Shown: piece after piece, positions 31,645 through 40,454 of the stretch
Layout of the letters: every line of letters starts with the position of its first letter
Numbering within the stretch: position 1 is the stretch's first letter
From: Promethearchaeota archaeon
GTDB lineage: Archaea; Asgardarchaeota; Lokiarchaeia; Sigyniarchaeales; SOKP01
Direction: 5' to 3'
NCBI GenBank assembly: GCA_048940925.1
Contig: JBHLOC010000023.1
Location: forward strand, 18,980-82,979
Length of the DNA stretch: 64,000 bases
The notes under the pieces: generated by a model
Seen by the model: only the letters and a program-made list of their open reading frames with translations
What the model was told of the DNA's origin: nothing
Databases searched by the model: none
Program-made: the position numbers and the translations under genes

Positions 31645-34600
31645 TTATCTCGTCCTCACTGCATCTACAATATTTAGATTAGCTGCCCATTTTGCTGGAT
31701 ATCTTGAGCTAAGAATTACTGTAAGTAATACAGCTCCTACCAGAATACTAATAGTTAACCATGGGATAGTCCAAGTAACGGTGAGAAAACCTCCTCCGGG
31801 CATTGTATCCACCATCAAGGTACCCTGAATTAAACCCGCAAAAATACCTGTAAATAGGCCTAAAAGTGCTAAAATTAATGTCTCTCCAGATATTGATCGT
31901 ATGACACCTTTTTTACTTAATCCTATGGATCTAAGCATACCTATTTCCCTCCTACGCGCCATAGTTGTAAGAAGACTATGAAGAGTCAAACCTATCATTG
32001 CGATGATTATGGATAATACCAGTAAGCCAGTCGTTATGAAAACAATTAAATTAAGCATAGTTCTGAATGTGGAACTCATAAAAGATTTTGTAAAAGAAAA
32101 GATTATAAGATACCCTCTATCTTCTATATAATTAACTAGTTCTTCTAAAACAATTTCATCTTTTACTCCTTTTTCTGTCCAAGCAAACCAGTCATATACA
32201 TTGGTTCTATATTGTAGAGTGAAACTTTTAGGATCTACTATTGACCAATTTCCACCTGCTAGAGATTGTAGATTTTGAGCAAGTAAATTCTTAATAGGGG
32301 TAATGTTATATGGATCTTCACAATGAATTAGGACTGAAGTTATATTATCATTTGAATAATTAGATCCCTTATAATTTGCGTATATAAGATTTCTTGCTTT
32401 ATCATAATTAATATATATCGAATTTCCACTAATATCAAAACCTGTCTCAAAACCAGCATACCAATTATACTTTTCTGTATTATAATAAGTAGGTGTGTCT
32501 ATTATACCAACGATTTCAAATTTTGGCCAGGTGCTTGGAGGTGATGGAAATGGTGGGAATGGAGAGATACTAATATTATCACCGATTTTCACAGAAGGAT
32601 GATTTTTTATGAATGTTTCATCAACCACACATATATTCTCAGTTGTAATGTTTAAGAGTTCTTCCATTGTATTTCCTTCATATCCAGTTTGTCGTTCAAC
32701 AAGACTATTATTTCCAAAAAATGAATCAGATTTTAATTTTCCATTTGAAATTGTATGAACACCAACAACCGAAGTCATATTATCTATTTTTGAACCATTA
32801 TATGAATAGGTATAATAATCCATTCTTGTAGTATAATACTCAATTCCACTAGCAGTGTTCAATATATTCTTAACTTTAGAAAAATTAAACCAATTTGGTA
32901 ATGCTGCATCCACCAAAGGATCTCCAGTTTGAGGTTTTTGCCTTATAATCATATCAGTTCCTCCACCAGGTAAATTTTTTGACGCAATCTCTTCATAAGT
33001 TGTCCAAGAAACAAACATATTATAAGCCTTGCCCTGGCTTCTACCCATAAGATTCAAGTTCGAAAAACCTCGCAGATTTCTAATAATTGCAATGACACTC
33101 ATATTTAATATAATTGTATCTTCATGTATATTATAATCATCTCCATCCAATATTGCAGTTAAATTCGCATACGTTAGACCTAAAGAGAATTTAACTGACA
33201 AATTTTCACCCACTTTTACATTATAGTCATCAGCAAATTCCTTATCAATTATAATTTTATATCCCATTTCAATGTCATTCATAATTTCACTTAGTGTCGC
33301 TGTTGAAGGTGACACTATTTCAGCTGTCATATGCTCCTTAATCTTAGCTGTATCTAACACATTTATCGTAATAGATTCATTCCCTGCGGTATCAAGTAAG
33401 CTACGTCCAATCCAATCATTATTTATTTGAACCTGAGCATTTTGATGGGTTACCCCCATGACATCCTCTACTCCTGATTGGTTGATGAGCCCGTCCTCAA
33501 AAGAACGAGGTGTATTAAAAGTATAAACACGAATATCAGCGCCCATAAAGTTATTAATAGTAGTATTTACACCTGATCTCATTGAATCCATCATAACACT
33601 CATCCCAATAAGAAAACTTGTTGTCAACGCGATCATAGTGAAAGTTAATGTTGTTCTTCTTCGATGCCTTAGAATATTCTTCTCAGTTAATAATCTTGTT
33701 TTTCGGAGATAGGGAGAAAATACTAACACAAATGCTCTATTAAGCGGTTTGATACAAAGCGCCATTAACCAAATAATGCCAAATAAGATAAACATTGGAC
33801 CAAGCATTGCTGTAATTATTCCCTGAGAAGGTCCAGGCCCTTGAATTTCAGCTCTAGTTTCAGGACTGGAAGTCATAAGCCACACTCCACTGAAAATTAG
33901 TATCCCCCCTAAAATGAAGAATAGTAGCCTTCTCCAAAAATGTTTTTTCTCTCTTTTAGACTTCTCTTCAATAGGATTTAAGCATTCAATAATAGGTTTA
34001 CGACTTGCTTTCCAGCTAGGATAAAGTGAAGCAATTATACAAGAAATTAGCCCTATTATAAATGTAATAATTAATGTTGTAGGATATAACACAATTTCAA
34101 AATCTGAAATTGCAAATCCTCCCATTTGAGCTGCAATATCTCGGATTGCTTGCAATGTTGCAGAAAATATTAAATAGGCTATAAAATAGGAAAATATTGT
34201 TCCTATTGTTGCTCCGATTATTCCCATTACTATACCTTGGGTTAAAAACATCTTAAAAGTTTCTGATTTAGATGCTCCTATCGCTTGAAACATACCTGTC
34301 TCGTACTCTTGTTCTTTCTTGATAATATTAAAAATATTCATCATTAATATGATTGATAAAATTAACGCTATAATACCAAACATTGTAAACATGGTCCGCA
34401 TCGAGCTCATTGTAGTTTCAATCATCTCTAGGCTGTCTGATTTTAAGTCTTTGACTTTCCAATCCATTTCATCATTAAGATCTATTAAATTGTTTTCAAT
34501 ATTCTTGGCTACTGAAGACACACTATATATATTATCAACACCTACAACGCCCAGATTATATTCACCAGTGTGATTTTCTGTGCCATCAACAAGTTCATGA

Positions 34601-35337
34601 GTGTTATTAATATTAGCAAATATGCCAGGTCCTTGCGAAAAAAATGAAGTTCCTGAAGACTCTTCAGAGGGATTGAAATCGCGAGCTTCTCCAATATCCC
34701 GTATGATAGCGACAACACTATACTCAATCCATGTCCCTGTATCTAGAGGGTTATATCCCAAAGATTCACCTTCATTTGGCAAAATCCAAACACTATCATT
34801 CACTTTAAAATCTTTCCCTAATTCAATTTTTAGCGATTCTGATATAACTAGTACTCTATCTCCCGTAATTTCTTGTGTATAATCAAGTAGTTCTTCAATA
34901 GTATCACCACTACTAATGGATTCTAATATATATGGTTTCGCTCCTAATTTTTGCTCATCTATATTTCGATAATCAATACCATAGATTCCAGTCCCTGTAC
35001 TATTATCTACTTGATCCCCTTTATCAGTAGCGCTAACATAAACGTTAAATCCTGAAATCCTGAAGGCAATCGATTCAACATGCTTAATATCCTCGATTTC
35101 ACCCTGTATTTCAGCAGGATTAAACCAACCATCTGTACTATTAGCAGATCTTATTAATATGTCTGCTGTGCCCAATTGTTCATCAATAGTATTTAACATC
35201 ATCACTGTAAATGAATCAGAGACAATCATAACTCCTCCAAACAAAGCTACACTAATTACAAGTGTAATTGTTGTAAGAATATAGCGAACTTTACGTCTTT
35301 TCATATTGCGTAAGGCAATTTTAGTAATTACACTCAT
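31645..35337 (-). CDS. FtsX/MacB-like ABC permease, fused double unit with large extracellular domains
   Basis: IALRNMKRRKVRYILT, ETGMFQAIGAS, YPSWKASRKPIIECL, second unit RRREIGMLRSIGLS, YPAKWAANLNIVDAVR. Confidence 0.9.
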   Translation of the reverse strand: MSVITKIALRNMKRRKVRYILTTITLVISVALFGGVMIVSDSFTVMMLNTIDEQLGTADILIRSANSTDGWFNPAEIQGEIEDIKHVESIAFRISGFNVYVSATDKGDQVDNSTGTGIYGIDYRNIDEQKLGAKPYILESISSGDTIEELLDYTQEITGDRVLVISESLKIELGKDFKVNDSVWILPNEGESLGYNPLDTGTWIEYSVVAIIRDIGEARDFNPSEESSGTSFFSQGPGIFANINNTHELVDGTENHTGEYNLGVVGVDNIYSVSSVAKNIENNLIDLNDEMDWKVKDLKSDSLEMIETTMSSMRTMFTMFGIIALILSIILMMNIFNIIKKEQEYETGMFQAIGASKSETFKMFLTQGIVMGIIGATIGTIFSYFIAYLIFSATLQAIRDIAAQMGGFAISDFEIVLYPTTLIITFIIGLISCIIASLYPSWKASRKPIIECLNPIEEKSKREKKHFWRRLLFFILGGILIFSGVWLMTSSPETRAEIQGPGPSQGIITAMLGPMFILFGIIWLMALCIKPLNRAFVLVFSPYLRKTRLLTEKNILRHRRRTTLTFTMIALTTSFLIGMSVMMDSMRSGVNTTINNFMGADIRVYTFNTPRSFEDGLINQSGVEDVMGVTHQNAQVQINNDWIGRSLLDTAGNESITINVLDTAKIKEHMTAEIVSPSTATLSEIMNDIEMGYKIIIDKEFADDYNVKVGENLSVKFSLGLTYANLTAILDGDDYNIHEDTIILNMSVIAIIRNLRGFSNLNLMGRSQGKAYNMFVSWTTYEEIASKNLPGGGTDMIIRQKPQTGDPLVDAALPNWFNFSKVKNILNTASGIEYYTTRMDYYTYSYNGSKIDNMTSVVGVHTISNGKLKSDSFFGNNSLVERQTGYEGNTMEELLNITTENICVVDETFIKNHPSVKIGDNISISPFPPFPSPPSTWPKFEIVGIIDTPTYYNTEKYNWYAGFETGFDISGNSIYINYDKARNLIYANYKGSNYSNDNITSVLIHCEDPYNITPIKNLLAQNLQSLAGGNWSIVDPKSFTLQYRTNVYDWFAWTEKGVKDEIVLEELVNYIEDRGYLIIFSFTKSFMSSTFRTMLNLIVFITTGLLVLSIIIAMIGLTLHSLLTTMARRREIGMLRSIGLSKKGVIRSISGETLILALLGLFTGIFAGLIQGTLMVDTMPGGGFLTVTWTIPWLTISILVGAVLLTVILSSRYPAKWAANLNIVDAVRTR

Positions 35338-35371
35338 GAGTATTGATCTCCATTATACAGAATTTTATTTG

Positions 35372-35953
35372 TTAATTCATCTTTATACATTTTTTTTTAA
35401 ATTTTGATATAGATTTTTCACAATGTTGTTTTAATTCATTTAACTCATTAATTTTTCGGGATATTAGTGAATTTTGAAATTCTAAAAATTCTAATTTATC
35501 TTCTGTAGATTTTTCTTGATAACTCTCGATTTCATTATATTCAAAAGGAAATCTAAAAAGTTGAATTTTATCAAATAGTATAGGTAATAATTCTTTATCA
35601 GTTCCAATAGTATACGTTATAAGAGTATTTATTGCATTTCTCAACTTCAAATACTCTTCAAGAATAATCTTTAAAGTTTCTGTTCCTTTTTTTGTTATCG
35701 TATAAATCTTTCTAATCCGGCTGTCATAAGATTTCTCAGTATATTCTACAAGTTGTTCGTTATACATATTATTAAGTACCGTATATATCGTGGAAAGAGG
35801 TGCTTCTAATACTCCGAAGGTCAAATCTTCTATTATCTTTTTAAGTTTATAACCGTGACAAGGTCCTTTTTCAAGTATTAATAATATTTGAATTCTAATA
35901 AAACCCTTTCTTATTGCTTTATCAAAATTAATCGCAATTTCCTCAACTTTAAT
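35372..35953 (-). CDS. PadR family transcriptional regulator; true start upstream of the ORF-track call, probably ATT
   Basis: In-frame upstream sequence reads IKVEEIAINFDKAIRKGFIRIQILLILEKGPCHGYKLKKIIEDLTFG...STIYTVL...RIRKIYTITKKG, a complete PadR wHTH. Confidence 0.85.
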   Translation of the reverse strand: MKVEEIAINFDKAIRKGFIRIQILLILEKGPCHGYKLKKIIEDLTFGVLEAPLSTIYTVLNNMYNEQLVEYTEKSYDSRIRKIYTITKKGTETLKIILEEYLKLRNAINTLITYTIGTDKELLPILFDKIQLFRFPFEYNEIESYQEKSTEDKLEFLEFQNSLISRKINELNELKQHCEKSISKFKKKCIKMN

Positions 35954-35984
35954 AATATCACCGAAAAATTATTTTAAAAAAAAC

Positions 35985-36035
35985 ATATCAATTTCTGAAA
36001 TATAACCAATTTTGATATATAAAATTTTTTGATAT
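35985..36035. promoter_or_regulatory. Three abutting 17-bp imperfect palindromes (consensus ATATCA-N5-TGATAT), candidate PadR operators
   Basis: atatcaatttctgaaat, ataaccaattttgatat, ataaaattttttgatat directly upstream of the PadR gene. Confidence 0.45.
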
Positions 36036-36211
36036 AATAAGATTTAGCTTTTAAAGATGTCCTTTTATAAGTAATAGATTTCGTGTATTATGAATATAGG
36101 AATATTTTCTACAATTATAAAAATTTCTTTAAAGCAATATATAGAAAATTTATTTAGGTAGTGAATTATGTAATATTTCTACAATTAAATAAATGTTGAA
36201 TGTGAAAATAA

Positions 36212-36898
36212 ATGGATCTAGATGTTTATAAAGATTTATTTCTAAATCAAAAAAGAGATCAAACACCTATTACTGATATTATGGGAAAAATAACTCGAGG
36301 TAAAACTTCTAAAGATTTTAAGACATTGACCCATGATCCTACAAGGAAAATAGTAATGTTAATGGGATCTGATGGTCTTGAGCGTATTTTGGGTAATTCA
36401 GGATTAGAAACATTAGTTGAGATTGGGTATACACAAGATCATATTCACCATTTGATAAATCAAGGATTTAAGTTTAAACTAGTAATTTTTAATGCAGTAA
36501 GCTCTTGTTTATTAGCAACATGGGATAATACCGCAAAATTAGCTTCCAAAGTTTATCCTAAAGCGAAAAAGAAAATTTACAACAAATTAGAAGAACTAAC
36601 ACAAGTCTCTTTTGAAAAAATTGAGAAAGAGTCATCAATGATCTGGGGTGAAATTGATAAAATCGGAACATCAGATCCAAATTTTATGACTTATAAAAGA
36701 TTCAAACAATCAAAAGGGACATTGATAGATGTAAGGAAGTTTTTTTATTTTACACTTCATTTTAGAGAATTGTTTTCTGGTGATGGCTTTACATATAATC
36801 AAAAAGGAGAAAAGACTTTAAAGGAATATATTTGCCTAAATCAAAAACTTAAGAACTTTTCTGATTATAGATTGATAGATATAGAAATTTCGATATGA
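36212..36898 (+). CDS. Hypothetical protein
   Basis: 228-aa ORF with normal composition; no motif recognised. Confidence 0.7.
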   Translation: MDLDVYKDLFLNQKRDQTPITDIMGKITRGKTSKDFKTLTHDPTRKIVMLMGSDGLERILGNSGLETLVEIGYTQDHIHHLINQGFKFKLVIFNAVSSCLLATWDNTAKLASKVYPKAKKKIYNKLEELTQVSFEKIEKESSMIWGEIDKIGTSDPNFMTYKRFKQSKGTLIDVRKFFYFTLHFRELFSGDGFTYNQKGEKTLKEYICLNQKLKNFSDYRLIDIEISI

Positions 36899-37006
36899 AA
36901 TGTATTTTTGAATCCAAAAAAATGGAATAATTAGTATAAATAACTTAAACTTTTCGATTAATGAGAATAATATTAATTATTATAATTATATGTATTGAGC
37001 TAATTG

Positions 37007-38770
37007 TTATTTATAATTATTGTCTATATACTTCATTACTTTATGGATTTCTTCTAAATGAGTTTCAATTCGCCCAAAAATATAGAATCTAACCTCTGGT
37101 CCTGTTCCACTTGGTCTGAAATAAAGTGTAGAATCTTCACTTTTTAATTGATAAATATCAATCATATTATTATTGTCTGATAATGCATGAATTTTATAGT
37201 TTTTATCACCTATTTCAATCATTTTTCCATCATTTTTTTCAAAATTCTTCATAATTCTTACTTTTTCTTCATCAACGGCAGAAATTGTACGGTTAATTCC
37301 TTTTATTGTCCAGTCAATTGCCTCTGAAATGATATATCCCCTACATAAAAGCTCAGTTATGAGCACCAAAGCAGGAACAGGATACTTATCCGCTATAATT
37401 GTAAACTCTGTCGAAAAGCTATATTCTCCAGTATTTATATTTTTTGAAACATTCAGAATACTTAATGTATGTCCTCCACTTTCTTCCCAAAAAACCATTA
37501 GAAAATCTTGTTTTTCGATATCTTGATTTTCCATTAATTTAATCAATTGTTCTCTAAGAGGGACTGCATTATCAATCTTTATCAAATTTCGGTTCTCATT
37601 TTCAAAATAAAGAATTGCCGTATCAATTTTAGACTTCTCTACTTCTATTCCAAGGAGGAAATACATAATTATACCTAAATGTTTATAACCTACTCCTGTC
37701 AGAATATTTATAAAACTTGTATGATCTCCACGTAAATCACTCGGTATGGTTCTCACATTAATTATTTTCTTATTATATTCGTTAGCAAGAATATTATGCA
37801 AAGCTGTATAGATTTCATTAGGAATGTAAGTAAAATATTCTCCATTTTGCTTTACATATAATGCAATCCTATCTCTATCAGCATCTAACAACAATGCAAT
37901 ATTGGAATCAACTTGAGTCATTAATTCCTGTAATTTTTTCTCGTGGATATTCTTCAAAGGATTTGGAGGATTAAGTTCCTCTTCAATAAGAGTAATATTT
38001 GCTCCATAGTATTTGAAGAGATCAACAATTCCCCTTGCTTTACCTAAGTATGGCCAAATTATTATATTCCTATCTCGGATGCTCTTTATTTCGAGAACTT
38101 TTGATAATAAATGAATAATATAATCATTATTTTTTTTCTCAGCATCAATTATATTGGGAGAATATTCTGCTTTAAAGTGAATCTCTTTTAATTCAAGAGC
38201 TTTTTTAGATACATCTTTAATAAGATTACCAGATATGGGTATTGAGTAGTCGATATAAAACTTTATTCCATTCCATGATAAATCGTTGTGACTAGCAGTC
38301 AACACGATAATGAGATTAATATCATCATATAATGCAACTGAGGCAGCACCATAAGGAGAAGAAACTTTAGATTCTCCGGGAATGTCTTTCTGATAATAAA
38401 TTTCATACCCCTCGTAAGAGAAAATCTGAGAACAATATTTCAAAAGAATATCTTTACTTGGTCTATTATCAGTAACAATTAATATTTTTAAATTTTGATT
38501 TTCTTTCATTTCTTTAAATTTTAGACTAATTGCTTTGAAAACTCTAAGAAATAAAAAGAGTTTTCGTTTGGTTAGTACATACTTTTCTTTATCTTCTTTT
38601 AATTCGATGTTAAATATTTGAATTCTTAATCCGGATGTAGGTGCCACAATTGGGTCAATTAAATACTCTTCTTCTCTAGTTAAATCTGGTAATTTAAGGT
38701 ATTTAATACCTCCTTCTAAATTTTCTAATTTTATATCTTCAATCTCAAAATCAACCAAGAAACTCACCAA
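37007..38770 (-). CDS. Phosphohexomutase (PGM/PMM superfamily), divergent
   Basis: TASHN phosphoserine loop, NGIKF, DADRDR metal loop, GVGYK, EESGG, RPSGTGP. Confidence 0.85.
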   Translation of the reverse strand: MVSFLVDFEIEDIKLENLEGGIKYLKLPDLTREEEYLIDPIVAPTSGLRIQIFNIELKEDKEKYVLTKRKLFLFLRVFKAISLKFKEMKENQNLKILIVTDNRPSKDILLKYCSQIFSYEGYEIYYQKDIPGESKVSSPYGAASVALYDDINLIIVLTASHNDLSWNGIKFYIDYSIPISGNLIKDVSKKALELKEIHFKAEYSPNIIDAEKKNNDYIIHLLSKVLEIKSIRDRNIIIWPYLGKARGIVDLFKYYGANITLIEEELNPPNPLKNIHEKKLQELMTQVDSNIALLLDADRDRIALYVKQNGEYFTYIPNEIYTALHNILANEYNKKIINVRTIPSDLRGDHTSFINILTGVGYKHLGIIMYFLLGIEVEKSKIDTAILYFENENRNLIKIDNAVPLREQLIKLMENQDIEKQDFLMVFWEESGGHTLSILNVSKNINTGEYSFSTEFTIIADKYPVPALVLITELLCRGYIISEAIDWTIKGINRTISAVDEEKVRIMKNFEKNDGKMIEIGDKNYKIHALSDNNNMIDIYQLKSEDSTLYFRPSGTGPEVRFYIFGRIETHLEEIHKVMKYIDNNYK

Positions 38771-38854
38771 TTAATTAATAAGATAATAGAGAATAGGATT
38801 AACTATTTTATAACTATTTTTATTGGAGGGTAAAATAAACTTCTCTCATAAAAT

Positions 38855-39724
38855 TTATGATAAATCTTTAATAGCTTCTTTTAATATTGCTATTATTTTC
38901 TCACGATACATTGGTTCAATAGCAATCATACCATAAGTTTTAATACGACGTTTTTCACTCGACAATATTTTCTCACAAAATTCAGGAGTTAGTCTATTAG
39001 GTAAATCCTGTTTATTTGCAATACCTAAAACCATTTTGTCCTGAAAAAATTTATCCAACAAATCATGAATAATTTCTTTTGAACCATTAATATTTTCAAA
39101 AGTTGAATCCGTAACAAGTAGAGCAATATCGGAACCTGTCAATAAACTTTTCCACAAAGATCTAAATTGAGCTTGACCTGCAAAATCCCACAGCGTGACC
39201 GTTCTTTCAAATTCATCTCCCTCATAAGACACAATATCAGCTGTGATTGTTGGCACATATTCAAGATTAACATCTTTACCAGCTATAAGACGAGTTAATG
39301 TAGTTTTACCTACACCCCCAAATCCTATTATGGAGATTTTAATTGCTCCTAGTATTAAATTATCTAATTCTTTTTCAAATTCATAAAATATGGTTCTATT
39401 TCCAGCCCAACTTCCATCTTCTAATAATTTCCCATATTTCTCCATGAATTTGGCTCTTATACTGAGAATCTTAGAATTAACTAGAGAATCATCATCTTCT
39501 AAATCTGTACAAACAACAATAATGATGGTATCAATTATCGTATAGAAATATTTAAAATCTTCCGTTTGAGTACTCTTAATATCACTCTGGCTAATCTCTT
39601 TCATAAATCCTGAAAAAGCACTCAAAAAACCAGCTAATAAATCTCTATCTACCTCAGAGGTCCCATAATTTCTGAATAACAATGATTTTCCGTCTCTTGT
39701 TAAGATGTTAACATACTGTATCAA
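38855..39724 (-). CDS. Longin-like domain fused to a Ras-superfamily small GTPase
   Basis: N-terminal ILTRDGKSLL...DLLAGFLSAFSGF; GFGGVGKTT, PTI, WDFAGQ, ANKQD. Confidence 0.88.
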   Translation of the reverse strand: MIQYVNILTRDGKSLLFRNYGTSEVDRDLLAGFLSAFSGFMKEISQSDIKSTQTEDFKYFYTIIDTIIIVVCTDLEDDDSLVNSKILSIRAKFMEKYGKLLEDGSWAGNRTIFYEFEKELDNLILGAIKISIIGFGGVGKTTLTRLIAGKDVNLEYVPTITADIVSYEGDEFERTVTLWDFAGQAQFRSLWKSLLTGSDIALLVTDSTFENINGSKEIIHDLLDKFFQDKMVLGIANKQDLPNRLTPEFCEKILSSEKRRIKTYGMIAIEPMYREKIIAILKEAIKDLS

Positions 39725-39857
39725 GTTTTACACGAGAGAAGTTTTTTATAATAGAATTATATTTATTAAATAATAAAATTCAATAAAAAATAAATTTTGT
39801 AAAAGATCTACTTTTTATTTAACGGCATCTCAATTAACAAGCAAGAGAGGAATATTA

Positions 39858-40430
39858 ATGGAACCTGAAAAAACTGATGAGAAGCTTGATAATTTTGCTT
39901 CAGTGCTTGAAAAATTCGGGCTTGATATTATAACTAAAATGGGACAGACAAATTTAAAAATAAATATGCTCACTGATAAAATCGATGAATTAAGTAAAGC
40001 TACTCTCGATGTAAAAGCACTTTTACCTCAACTAACTAATGTAATCGAAAATCAAAAAATTTTGGAAGCTGAACTTGATTTAATTAGAACCTTAATTCAA
40101 AAATCAACTATAACATATCAACCGAATGAAATTGAAAGTGAGGGCGTAGAGAGGGATACTTCTGCAACTGATAAAAAAAAAGCGATTATCGATCAATTTC
40201 ACACCTTAGAAAAGTATATTGAAGAAAATGATGGCCCTGAACATGTGACAACAAGTTTAGCTAATATTAAAGAAGAGATTTTCGTATTTACTGGAGGTCA
40301 TAGAATTCTTTATGAAATTGGACAATTTACTAGTAAAATGAATGGTTTGGACACCCTTAATGATGATATAAAAAGGGAACTAAAAGAAAAAATCACATTC
40401 TGGATCAATAAATTGTCAGTAAAAGGATAA
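39858..40430 (+). CDS. Hypothetical coiled-coil protein located between two small-GTPase genes
   Basis: 190-aa ORF, heptad-rich N-terminal half, GAGAGG upstream. Confidence 0.7.
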   Translation: MEPEKTDEKLDNFASVLEKFGLDIITKMGQTNLKINMLTDKIDELSKATLDVKALLPQLTNVIENQKILEAELDLIRTLIQKSTITYQPNEIESEGVERDTSATDKKKAIIDQFHTLEKYIEENDGPEHVTTSLANIKEEIFVFTGGHRILYEIGQFTSKMNGLDTLNDDIKRELKEKITFWINKLSVKG

Positions 40431-40454
40431 AATAAAGTTATAAAAAAATTTCTT

